A stretch of 58,330 nucleotides of DNA, filler included, from Barthelona sp. PAP020 (taxonomy: Eukaryota), in the NCBI GenBank assembly GCA_040182905.1. It is 3 parts of 3 records of this genome, joined end to end, with 100 filler letters (N's around TTAATTAATTAA, not from the genome) between each part and the next. Parts side by side here need not be neighbours in the genome. Positions count along the whole stretch, not along the records: positions 19,503 to 38,886 come from JARQWU010000207.1; positions 38,987 to 58,330 come from JARQWU010000208.1; 1 more part is not named here. The stretch is one strand, 5' to 3'. Positions 31,227 through 42,400 of this stretch are shown one piece after another. Positions within the stretch are counted from its first letter, which is position 1, and each line of letters starts with the position of its first letter. Made by a program: the position numbers and the translations under genes. The notes under the pieces were generated by a model that made no database searches, was not told the DNA's origin, and saw only the letters and a program-made list of their open reading frames with translations.

Positions 31227-32250
31227 ATATAAACATTTTCCATTTCTTTTTTTCCATTGTGTATAAGATTGGTGTAAAGCTATTGAGTATTGAAAGGTTT
31301 TGAGATATTAAACAGCAAGAAATCTTGGTTTTTTTTTGTGTTGGGAGAGATTCCTGTTTATATTTGTCAAATAGGTAAAAATTTTGATAGTTCATTTGAA
31401 AATCAAAAAAATGGTTTGGAAATGTCTAATTTCTTAGTAAATGGAAGACGAAATGTGGTGGTGTCTTTGAAATTAGATACCAGCAAAAGTACTCTTCTCT
31501 TCTCTTTTTGCACACATTAACATATTCTCTTTTCAATCACCGAATTGTTGTTAAATATTTTCTTTTTGATCTTTTCATAAAGCCTTGAGACTTCAGAATG
31601 ACTCAAGAAGTGAAAATAAAAAAACTTCATTTTTTACCATATGCAGTAATTCCATCGCCCTCCTCAAACATTTGATTGCTGTAATATATCACAAAAGTAA
31701 AGAACCTCAATTTCTTGCCCTTAAAACTCATCTGTCTTTTGAACATCAATTGCGTTCGCTTCTGAAAGATCAACCAAGGAGTGTAGTATGAAATATAATA
31801 CTTTTAATTTTAACAAAATGTACCATATCTGAAATACTTCAGTCAATTTATTGCTGAGGGGATTTTTCGTTTGTATAAATGCAAACCACATTTTCCAATC
31901 AGAAAAGATTTGCTCTGTTCTTGATAAATACTCACGTGTTTGCAAGCACTATGAAAAAATAATGATGGTAATATTCAAGCACATTTTTGTTGAATCGAAA
32001 TTTTCCAATTCTTCCTTTTTCCCTCAAGGTACGTAACCTACCTCCAAATTTTTGACCTGCCACGGTGATTGCATGAAAATTTGCACAATTAAGATAAATT
32101 TTAAAAATATCGGAGCGTTAAGCTCTTTTGAGCAATTAGTAATGCAATATTTCACACCCCGAATAGGGCTTAGCTTTCCTCTCCTATGATAGCCAATGAA
32201 AGATTAGGTCTCAAAAAAGAGTAGTTCTTTTGGGAACGCTGGACTCCCTG

Positions 32251-32347
32251 AAAAGAATAAATATCAAGGTTTATTATTTATTAATCAACTGAGATTCCCA
32301 GTCTCTGAGTTGGGTAAGTTCGGGAAAAGGTTCGTATCTGAAGAAAA
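32251..32347 (-). repeat. Short repeat homologous (inverted) to 37863-37946
   Basis: AAAAGAATAAAT.T.AAGGTTTATTATTTATTA...TCTCTGA.TTGGGTAAGTTC.GGAAAAGGTTCG matches the reverse complement of 37863-37946. Confidence 0.8.
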
Positions 32348-32662
32348 ATAAAACATGATAATCTCAGTGGAAAGATTTCCAACACCAATTTTACCCAATA
32401 AATAGGATAAAATGGCCTTAATTCAACACCATAACCCATTAATCACCCGAATAGGTTGTATAGCTTATAGTTTACATGTATTAAAGAAAGAAGAGTACAA
32501 CCAAATCTGAAAACAAAGCAACTGCATCCAATGAATATTTGTCAACATCGTTCATTGACATGAGGTGAATATTTGCCATTTGAATTTTGGAAAAATTTTG
32601 AAATTTTCTAGTCAATCGTCAATTTCTAATTTCCATTTATTTCATTTTTTTGTTAGTTTATT

Positions 32663-35600
32663 ATGTCTGTTGAATCAACTAGTGAAATAGGAGAATTTAT
32701 ACGTGGTTTATTTCCTCTAAAAATTGATGAACATAGTGGAAGTGAAATTGAAAATGTGATTTCTAATTATTCGTGGGACAGTAAATACTTGCCAAATGGT
32801 AAACAATTGGTTATTGGTAGTTATCAAGCTGTTCATGTTATTGATGTAGCAACTGGAATATTGAATCGTACATTGAAAGACCATACAAACCATGTTTATG
32901 GTATTGCCATTTCACCAAATGGGCAGAAGTTGGCAACATGTTCTGGTGATAAGTCTATCATTGTATACAGCCTTCCAGATTTCTCCATTTTGTGTAGATT
33001 GAATGGTGGAACTTGTATTAATGGAATTTGTTTTTCTTCTTGTTCAAATTATGTATACTATGGTGATAAAAATGGAACTCTTACGAAAAGTGACACAAAT
33101 AATGGGAGTGTTATCTTGGAAAAGAAAATTCCAACTGGTTCTATTTGGAGAGTGAAACTATCAACGGATGGTAAATATCTTTTGACTGGAGGTAGTAATG
33201 GTATTGCCAAGTTGGTTGACCCAGATGATTTGTCTGTTGTTCGTAGAATCAGTCAACGTTGTGATATTACAAATATTGATTTCCACCCAACTGAAGGAAT
33301 GATTGCTATAGGTGATCTTTCAACACAAGTCAAACTCTGGAACATGGACGACGGATCACTCATTCATATATTTGAAGTGGGTGGTTCAGTACACTGTCTT
33401 TATTTCTTATCACCCGATATTCTGCTTACTATGTCTGGTAATAGCTGTATTGACTCATTCAATGTTGAAACCTATCAGCAAATTCAAAGGGTGCATTGTG
33501 GTTGTGAGGCTTCCCATTTTTCCTTTGCTATATCCCCTGATAAGACACAAATAGCGTGTGGAAGATGTTTAAATAACACAATAAAATTGTTTGACATCAT
33601 TCCTGACATCTCAAATCTCATTAATGTCCTTAAAACTCACAAAACAGACATAAGTGAGTTTTCCCGTTCTCATGGTAATGTTGTATCATATTTGCTCACG
33701 AATTATCAATTAAAACACACTGATACTATCGTTGTTGAGCTTTTGTCATCAGGAATTTGTCTTTCAGCAGAAGAAGCCAATGCATTTATGCAGGTTGACA
33801 TGGATATTGTTCTGTACAATGCAGCTAATTGTGGAAATATGCTCGAATTTTTCTCACCTAAACCTTTACTCGAATATTTCCTTGAATTCAATGAATCATA
33901 TCCTCAAAAAGCAGACAAATTTGCTTACAATCATTTAAACTTGCTTTTAGAAAATCAAAAACCGAAAATCTTGCTAATTTTAACAAAGATGTTCCCTGCC
34001 TATGCCAAATCCCTCTTTGATACACAAGAAGGAGAATCTTTTGTCAATAAACTTGTTGATTATTCAAAAAATGCTCAAAATGTTGTTTCCTCTGTGATTT
34101 CTGCCTCCAACCAGCAAGAGGCTTGTGACATTATTATATTATTATTAAAACGTGGGCTTTGGATTTGTTATGATGAGTATATTTTGATAAAAGACATTTT
34201 AGAAGATGAAATATGTGAGATAAGCTTCAAGAATGGTGGAAACATCAGGCAAATTCAATTTCCTCTTTTTCATGTGGTTTTTACACTTGATGGATTTTGT
34301 TTTTCAAATTTGATGAAATTGACACCAAATAAACACCCTGAAGAACTCAGCAACTTATTTGATTTCATGGTTAAACACAAAAATCTGTTGTCTCAAACTG
34401 AAATGTCAGAACTGTGTGACTTTTTAGAAGCCTATCCGACTTTCACTGGGCTTCTGTTTGAAAAAATTGTTCCACACTTGTCTGAGATATCCCGATTAAT
34501 CTTCCTTGAACTTTTGCCTAAATGTGTAATTTTTGAATTTCCAGCAATTGTAAAACCGTTTTCTCAAAAGATTGAAATGATTTGTGATTTAAAAGAGGAA
34601 AATAAACAACAAAACGTTCTAATTGTCAACCTCTCAACACAACTTGAACGAGTTACATCCGTTGTTGCTTTGCTTGTTCAAAGCCAATCAAAAAACGTGA
34701 ATACTCAAAGTCTGCAAATCGATGACCCGAACCAACACCCATCCCAAGATAACATTATTCAAGAACTTAAGACCCAACTTAAGGCTACCCTATCCTGGGC
34801 TGATCAACTGGTCGAAATAACTATTGAAGCATCAGTTGAACCTTTAAAAAGCCTCTCCTCAGCTCAACTGAGCCATATGTGTGATAAGGCCGTTGACTCA
34901 CACAAAAGGCTCTTTGAATTAGATTCTAGCAAGCTTCTTGACCCTTCGATCAATAATGATATTTTGGAGGTGACCCAAGAAATTGAACAGAATATTGATC
35001 TTATTCGCAGAATATTCATTCCTCGAATAAATCATGTTCTTGAGTTGAATCCTCTCAAAAATATTGGGTTGCCTGATAATTTTATGGCTTTGAAAAAGGA
35101 AATTCACACATACATCAATTTGAGCCTTGAACAGTCACCCATTGCTCAATTGTACAGACAGGAAATTGATGCACTAGAAGAAACAATTCTGTCAAAAGTT
35201 GAGTCATACTACGACAGCTATATGATGCTTTATTCCAAAAATACGTATTCATACACTCATGTTGTTGAAGAATTGAAGGAGGCCTTGTTAAAAATCAATG
35301 ATTTTTATGAAGCGATAGTTGAGGCACAAAGACTCCAACCACTGATTCAGGAGCAACAACAAAACATGATGAATGCGTATAGTGAATTTCAAAGAGCAAC
35401 AAATGTCAGCAAGAAGAAAAGCAGGAACAAAAAACTATCAAACGCGTATTTAAATGCACAAGAACAACTTGAAGACATGTATGAGCAGGTTGTGGCTCTG
35501 AAAGGTACGATTCCAGATCATCTAGGTCAAGCACTGATGAATTGCATTCAAGACCCGGAACTGATTGCTGATGTTTGCAAAAGAATAAATATGGCTGAGA

Positions 35601-37177
35601 TTCCGTCCAGTTTAATTAACGTAATATCTTCAGATTTGTATTATCCTGATGTTATTTCAAAGTTACAACAGCAAGAAAGCATTTTTTGTCTCAAAAAGTC
35701 TTTGAATGACAGATTCATCAAATTTTACGATCTTCCATTTTTAGGTGATGAAGAGCTTGAAGAGGATGAAAATGAAGATGATATTGAAGAAAATGAATTC
35801 AAAGAGATGCAAATAAAGGCCATTCGTCGAGAACTAAGGGTTTTGACAAAGAATAGGTCTTCCAATATCGTCACTCTGAACCGTATTGTCTTTGTTGTTG
35901 ATGAAGATTCAGATATCGTTGCCCTTGCTCTCGAGCTTGAGAAGGCTCCCATGGATCTTGAGCAGTATCTTAACGGGTACAATCCGGATAGAGCTACACT
36001 ACTTTGGATATTTGAACAAGTGTGTATTGGTCTTCATCAACTGCACGATCGTGATATTGTTTGGAGAGATGCAAAGCCACAGAACGTTTTGGTGTGGATT
36101 GATGATGAGGACAAGGTGTCGCGAGTGGCTCTCTGTGACTTTGCAACAGCATATCAAACTGAAGGTACAATGTCCAGTGGTACTATGATACAGGGTACAG
36201 CTCTTTACATGGATCCAATCTCATTAGTAAGTGCAAATATTGACTTATCAATGGATATTTTCGCTTTAGGTAAATTACTGATTCGTATGTTTTATCCAAC
36301 TCTTTTGCAAGAAAGCGTTATCATGATACAAAACTGCTTCAAAAATGCAGGTGATAAAACTGATGAACTCTATGAAATCATTCTTCAATGTATCACTCCG
36401 AACATCAAACAACGTGTTAGTTTGAAGCAACTTGAAAAAAAAATTTATGAGTTGTACAAATCTGTTACTCAAGAAAGGCATTCAATTCACATCGTGGATG
36501 TTCTTGAGAGTTTCAACTTTAACCTAGAAGTAGATGAACCGTTGATTGTTGAACAAGGTTTGGATGAACAATTCAGCTCTTTCTTTGAACGTTGTTTCAC
36601 CATTGACAACGTGTCCAAGAACATCATATTCAAAATGAATGATCTTTCTGAACCAACTCTGCTCTCTTTCATTGATTGGCTTATTGATAATCCCACCAGT
36701 TTCAACTTTATGGGCGAAACAAATGGGGGATCATTCAAACTTGATGATGATTTGGAAGAATCAACCTTACGTTCATTGAGCCATTTCATTCTTCATTGTC
36801 TCATCCATCGGGTCCAAATACCAATCAGTCTTCTTGGACCAACTCCATTTGGTCTCATTTCAACCAGCTCTTTGAAAATGTTTGATGTTGTTGATCGTGA
36901 TCTGTGTTTGAAAGTATTCCCATCATTGAAACCCTTTGTATACCAATTTTACTCAACCGACCTTGCAGAATTCAATTTTAAATCACTTGGGCTCAAACCC
37001 AGATCTGTTAATCGTGAGAACTTTGATGAATTCATTGACCTTTCCATCAAAATATATATCTCCAAATATCAATCCATCGCTGAAACAATAAGAAGTGCTT
37101 TTTTGGAATTCTCTGTCTTGGCCACCGATTTAGCAGTATGTAGCTTTGAGGATCTGATGGCTTTATGCGTGGTGTAA
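32663..37177 (+). CDS. WD40 propeller - helical/coiled coil - Ser/Thr kinase-like - HECT N-lobe-like fusion protein (1504 aa)
   Basis: About 7 WD repeats (HTNHVYGIAISPNG...DKSIIVYS; VKLWN). Kinase motifs FIK, RRE, IVWRDAKPQNVL, LCDFA, GTALYMDP and MDIFALG. The C-terminus resembles a HECT N-lobe (VNRENFDEFI...IRSAF...FEDLMALC). Confidence 0.85.
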   Translation: MSVESTSEIGEFIRGLFPLKIDEHSGSEIENVISNYSWDSKYLPNGKQLVIGSYQAVHVIDVATGILNRTLKDHTNHVYGIAISPNGQKLATCSGDKSIIVYSLPDFSILCRLNGGTCINGICFSSCSNYVYYGDKNGTLTKSDTNNGSVILEKKIPTGSIWRVKLSTDGKYLLTGGSNGIAKLVDPDDLSVVRRISQRCDITNIDFHPTEGMIAIGDLSTQVKLWNMDDGSLIHIFEVGGSVHCLYFLSPDILLTMSGNSCIDSFNVETYQQIQRVHCGCEASHFSFAISPDKTQIACGRCLNNTIKLFDIIPDISNLINVLKTHKTDISEFSRSHGNVVSYLLTNYQLKHTDTIVVELLSSGICLSAEEANAFMQVDMDIVLYNAANCGNMLEFFSPKPLLEYFLEFNESYPQKADKFAYNHLNLLLENQKPKILLILTKMFPAYAKSLFDTQEGESFVNKLVDYSKNAQNVVSSVISASNQQEACDIIILLLKRGLWICYDEYILIKDILEDEICEISFKNGGNIRQIQFPLFHVVFTLDGFCFSNLMKLTPNKHPEELSNLFDFMVKHKNLLSQTEMSELCDFLEAYPTFTGLLFEKIVPHLSEISRLIFLELLPKCVIFEFPAIVKPFSQKIEMICDLKEENKQQNVLIVNLSTQLERVTSVVALLVQSQSKNVNTQSLQIDDPNQHPSQDNIIQELKTQLKATLSWADQLVEITIEASVEPLKSLSSAQLSHMCDKAVDSHKRLFELDSSKLLDPSINNDILEVTQEIEQNIDLIRRIFIPRINHVLELNPLKNIGLPDNFMALKKEIHTYINLSLEQSPIAQLYRQEIDALEETILSKVESYYDSYMMLYSKNTYSYTHVVEELKEALLKINDFYEAIVEAQRLQPLIQEQQQNMMNAYSEFQRATNVSKKKSRNKKLSNAYLNAQEQLEDMYEQVVALKGTIPDHLGQALMNCIQDPELIADVCKRINMAEIPSSLINVISSDLYYPDVISKLQQQESIFCLKKSLNDRFIKFYDLPFLGDEELEEDENEDDIEENEFKEMQIKAIRRELRVLTKNRSSNIVTLNRIVFVVDEDSDIVALALELEKAPMDLEQYLNGYNPDRATLLWIFEQVCIGLHQLHDRDIVWRDAKPQNVLVWIDDEDKVSRVALCDFATAYQTEGTMSSGTMIQGTALYMDPISLVSANIDLSMDIFALGKLLIRMFYPTLLQESVIMIQNCFKNAGDKTDELYEIILQCITPNIKQRVSLKQLEKKIYELYKSVTQERHSIHIVDVLESFNFNLEVDEPLIVEQGLDEQFSSFFERCFTIDNVSKNIIFKMNDLSEPTLLSFIDWLIDNPTSFNFMGETNGGSFKLDDDLEESTLRSLSHFILHCLIHRVQIPISLLGPTPFGLISTSSLKMFDVVDRDLCLKVFPSLKPFVYQFYSTDLAEFNFKSLGLKPRSVNRENFDEFIDLSIKIYISKYQSIAETIRSAFLEFSVLATDLAVCSFEDLMALCVV

Positions 37178-37444
37178 ATTGTTTTTGTGTCACTAATTTC
37201 TTTTTCATCAGCAGAAAGCGATTTGCAAGGTTTTACCTTCTCATTCTGTAAAGCGTCACAATTCTTTCATTTGGCAATGTATTATCTCAAATGCATTTAG
37301 ATAGGACTTGAACAAGAGTGAACTGTCTTTTGTTGTGTTTGAAAAGAGTACATTAATGAATGTTTTAAAAAGAAGATCAAGGACTCATGATGTTTTTCAA
37401 TTTTTCAAGATTTATTGTGGTTACTCTTTAGTGGTTAAAAGAAG

Positions 37445-38390
37445 TTGAGACCGCTTGTTAAAGAGTTAACCATTAAAGGAAAACAGGAAAGAAATACTTA
37501 CTACTATTTTAACTATTTGGGTTTTAAATGCCACACATTGTTACAGCATTGCCTGAAGAAGGGCCCAGAACTCTGCGAGAAGTCCAGCCAGCCTATACCT
37601 GATATGACCGCAGGGCATGTGCTTGACGATGGAAGAGACCCTTTGTAGACACATGTTGAAGAATATCGAGACTCTCTTTTTTGGTTTTCTCAAATTTGAT
37701 ACCAGTAAAGAGCTCTTGAATTCACTCTTTTTAAGTCCAATATCATGTTTTCAACCGTTTCTTTATGCAGCAAGACTTGGCCCATTCTTTCTGCTTCAGC
37801 AAAGAATAGCATTCTTTCATACCTTATCACACGGTATTTCGCGCAATAGAGCAATTCGATCGTTTTCTGCTGTTCGAACCTTTTCCAGAACTTACCCAAA
37901 TCAGAGATTGGCTAATAAATAATAAACCTTAATCTTTATTCTTTTTGGGCTGCTTTGTTAAAGGGGTGTCGTGTTTCAGAGTGGTATTAGCAATGAAAAG
38001 AAACATTTTACAAGGGTTGTTTAATGACGTTTATTTGTATGAAGAGTGGGTTCAGGAATCAAATTCAAAGAGATCAAAGAAGAGAATATTAACGCTCGAT
38101 TCCTTTATAATAAAGCTGTATTAACCCTTGTAATAGCATTTTAAGTGGTCAATTTCCAAAGACAAGCACCAGAAGATGCATTAAAAAAAACGACAATCTC
38201 ACACACAATGGTTGTTGGGTCTGGCTGATAGCCAATCAGTCAGCATTAAGTGCTTTCAGAAAAGCCAAATATAAGAATCAGGGGATGCAGAATACAGCAG
38301 ATAGAATCAACAAATTATACGGAAAGATCATTTCAATGTGGATTCGCTCTGATATGAACAAAGCTGCAGATATGCTGTCGCGTGGTAAGC
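37445..38390 (+). mobile_element. Degenerate DIRS/Ngaro-like (tyrosine-recombinase retrotransposon) RT-RNase H remnant
   Basis: Reading in frame upstream of ORF 38285 gives WLIANQSALSAFRKAK...MQNTADRINKL...ISMWIRSDMNKAADMLSRG, matching the DIRS-type RNase H pattern (DN.SAL.A.RKG ... W/HI.S..N..AD.LSR). Weaker RT-like FNYLGF at about 37508. Frames are broken by stops. Confidence 0.55.
37863..37946 (+). repeat. Short repeat homologous (inverted) to 32251-32347
   Basis: Reads EPFPELTQIRDW on the + strand; the partner copy reads EPFPELTQLRDW on the - strand. Confidence 0.8.
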
Positions 38391-38886
38391 ACTATGAGTT
38401 ACCTAGAGGAGGATTGTTCTCACACTTAGCGTTGTGTCATGCTGCTTTCGACTTCCTGGAGGAGTATACCTTAAAGACCTTCAGCATGGTAAGAATGTGT
38501 CCAAGACTCAAGGAACAAACAGTCAAGAGTTTAAAAGGGAAAAACAGACAACAAAGGAGGGTCTCAAGACAAGAAAGATTAAAGTCAAAGTCAACAAGCT
38601 TTCCCAGAACGGTAACAAGAAGAAAAATAAATAAAAAGATAGTAATTTTTATACTGGCAACTATAAAATACAACTAATAGTGGAAAAATAAAGCAAAAAA
38701 AATTAAGATAAAATTCTTTTGAAACTAATTCAACTTGTTTTTATTCTCTCTTTCTGAATGTTCATCTTTTTTAAAGAAATCTAATTTTTTCCATAGATAT
38801 GAAATGAGACTAAACAAACATAGGATCAGATTTTCAACTATCAAAAAGCAAGCGTTTGGAACTAACGTTTTCCAATACAACAAATC

Positions 38887-38986
38887 NNNNNNNNNNNNNN
38901 NNNNNNNNNNNNNNNNNNNNNNNNNNNNNNTTAATTAATTAANNNNNNNNNNNNNNNNNNNNNNNNNNNNNNNNNNNNNNNNNNNN
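38887..38986. other. Artificial assembly linker (44 N + TTAATTAATTAA + 44 N)
   Basis: Same 100-nt construct as 19403-19502. Confidence 0.95.
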
Positions 38987-38988
38987 AT

Positions 38989-39087
38989 CAAAGAATTTTG
39001 GCAGCACAAGAAAAGATGAATGTTAACTTTATGCCTAAACATCTATATTCAGGTAAACGTAGACTTAAAGATCACGATTGGAGATAA
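38989..39087 (+). CDS. NOG1: 3' end of nucleolar GTP-binding protein 1 (5' part lost in the gap; not in the ORF track)
   Basis: Translates to QRILAAQEKMNVNFMPKHLYSGKRRLKDHDWR*, matching the NOG1/GTPBP4 C-terminal motif PKHL(F/Y)SGKR....D(R/W)R. Confidence 0.8.
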   Translation, partial: QRILAAQEKMNVNFMPKHLYSGKRRLKDHDWR

Positions 39088-39460
39088 ATCTTTTCTACAT
39101 AAATTATTTTCGGTTTTTTATTTGAAAAGAAAAAAACATAAGAGAAACTTTTTTGTTCCATTTTGAATTCATTCTTCCTCTTAAAAAGACTTCACTGTCA
39201 ACTGATCTTGAAGAATTTTGGTTCAAATAATCAAAAATTAGGAATTTTAATTTCATGTGGACCTTGTAAACATCAATTTTTTAGAAACTTGAAGGAATGT
39301 GTCACCATCAAAGCAAATAGCAAATTCAAGAAAAATTTCAAGATCTTGTCAAAAATTTGTTTCACAAACAGTTAAATATTAATATTAGGTGTGTTATCAA
39401 CTCTAATCTTGAACAATGCTTCAAAGGAAAAATAAACGACATTTGATTTATGTTTCTAAC

Positions 39461-42400
39461 TTATTTGGATCTTTTTTGGATACCTACAAGAGAAGCTAAA
39501 AGTGAAACACAGAGTTTTATGATCTCAATTTGATCACAACCTTCAATGAACGTTAACAAAATCAAAATTGGATGTGAAAGAATGAAATCATCTTTATTCA
39601 ACGAGATTATATTCAAAAAAGAAGGATCTTTGTCAATAATTGGCTGAAAATATTCTTGTAATTTGTCAAAATCGTCAAAAAAAGGATTATAAATATCATT
39701 TTCAATAATTATCATTGTGTTAAACGCTTGATACATTTGTTGACAAGTGAAAGTTCTAACCAAAGGAAAACTGTGTTGAAGACAATTCAATAAAGAACCA
39801 ATGGATAGTTTAAAATAAATGTTGCTACCATCTTCATTACTGATTAATGAACAGAAAAATTCAACTATGTTTCGAATATTATTGACATCTTTAGTTTTTC
39901 TTTGGATCAATTTAATTTTTTGAATAATTTGGTTCCAAACTTCATAATTATCAAATGTTTCATTCAAAATCTGATTTTGGTTCAACCAACCTAAAGTGTA
40001 AATTAAAGGATAAATGTAAATATTTTTGGGAACAATGGAATTTGTAAGATCATCAAAAATTTGCACACACCAATTCAACCAAACATTTGCATCAAAACCA
40101 ATTTTATCTCTGTAAAATTGTCGAATCGCTTCCTTACTACTTTTTGCTTCACTTTCAATATTCCCACCAACACAACTAACCAAGCCTTTAAAGATAAAAA
40201 ACCCATAATCATTTTCTTTCAACAAAGGCAAAAAGGCAAAATAATTTGATGCTTCTTCAGAAGTCCAATTAGACATTTCATGAATGTTGACAATATCAAC
40301 ATTAAAATCATGTAAAGGCAAAGGGGCATACATTTGCATGATTGGATGATATCCCATTGAAGGAATATTTTCCAAATCGAAACCACCATATTTTAGATGA
40401 ACAATAGAAGAATGAGCAATTCTTCTTACTCTCATTAAACGAGAATATCTCTGCAAAAGAATATTCTCCCACAAATCCATTGAAATTTCGGTGTCTTGAG
40501 ATAATTTCCACATCTTAACAAATATTGGTATATGTTCTAATACACAAATACGAACAATCGAACCAACATCACCTTGTTTTGTTGTCTCATAATCCTTCAA
40601 CCCATTAATTAAAACATTATTTGCCTTTTGCATTAATATTTTTAACAAGTCTGAATCAGCACCCTTTTCCAAAAAAACTCTACCAATAATCGAGACAATA
40701 GCAGAAATGGAAGCAACACGAATTTCAACGTCTTGAAATTGACTTGTTGAATCATAATACGCTTTAGAACTCAATAAATCAATAATATCAACAATATTCT
40801 TGTTGACATCATAAACAATATTATATTCTTCTTCAAAAACATCATCATTTTCATTCTTTATTGAATTAAGATCAATAACCTCAACATCTCTCCATTGTTC
40901 AAGCAAAAATAAAGGAATTACAGCCAAACTTCCAGCACTTGCACGATTTTCATCAAAAGATAACAAATCTTTTTGAAAATTCTCAATCAACTTTTTTACC
41001 AATTTTAAAGCCTCCTTTTTGAATGATTCAGCTAAAACTGATAAAGCATTACATGCACTAAAACGAACCCAATCAAATGGTTTTTTCAGTGAAATTTCAA
41101 CAATTTCAAAATACACAACAACATTTTTGACTTTCAATTTGAATTTACATTGAACAAGTGCTTCAATATATTCACACATCACTTTTCTTAAGAGCGTTGA
41201 CTTTGGACACACAAATAATCGTTGTTTACTAAAAGTAAGAGGCAAATCAACCAAAAACTTTTTTTCGTCTTCAGAAAAATCTTTCTTAAAATCATCTAAA
41301 TCAACATAGGCTTTCAAAAACACAATTAGTGCACTGATTCCACCAACTCGTTCATTAACTCCCATAACTTTATCGCATATAATGTCAAACATCAAATCTT
41401 TCATCATTTTTGGATGGTCATAAACTAATTTATTCAGGCATTGAGCGGCTAACCCTTGAATTTCATCATTCCAATGAAATACACGCGTGGTTAACAAATT
41501 CATTGCAAATGTTGCGGTATATTCTGGCCATTTTGCAATAGTTGGTGCAATTTCAACAAAACAATGCGAAATTTTTCCAACACTGTAAAAATCTGCCAAT
41601 TGTAAAATCTCAATTCCATGTGGAACATTGTCTTGTCTGCCAACAAACTCTTGAAATGCTGCTGCAGCCGCTCTACGAACATTAATTTCAGTATCAAAAA
41701 CAGCTCGACATGCCAAATTGGCAGCAATAGATGGAACATAATCTCTCAGAAGAGAAGAATCGTAAGCTCTTGCAAATGACCAAATAACATAAGCGGCTGC
41801 ATCTCGTACATCATCACCAATAACTCTTTTTCCTCTTCTGTATTCATATTTCAGTGCTTGATGAACAACAGTAAGTGCAGTAGGAACTCTATCAGGTAAA
41901 AATAAACCACGTCGAGCCAATTCTGCAAGGGCAATGCAAGCACCATGCCAAGAATGATCAAGCATTAAAGGGCTAAACAAAGAAAGAACAAATTCTACAA
42001 CTTCATCGGCCAAAAACAATGGCAGTCTTTGGGTTAAACGACCAACAGCAGAAGCTGCATTCCATCTTACTGCTGAAGAACGATCAGAAAGGGCGTTTAG
42101 ACATATTCCCAATATATCCTCCAATAATTCGCCATCTACAACTTGAAACTGTTGAAGTTCCATTTCAAAATCAATATTAACAGCATTAGAATGACCAGTT
42201 AATCCACGTCTACCACGTTGATATCTCCACTGAGCTATTTGTTCAGGAAGAAGTAAAAGGCCTATCTTTTCTGCCAAAACGACCTTGTGAAAAAATATTT
42301 CAGATTCATCCGTTGATTGACAAGTGATTAAATCCAGGAGGGAAACAAAAGAATTAAAATATACAGCGATTTCTTCACGTTGACCGTATTCAATTATCCA

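Noticed and set aside
31227..32250. Fragmentary ORFs in the long spacer between the two giant genes
   Set aside because: Possibly decayed coding or TE sequence, but I could not recognise any motif in any frame.
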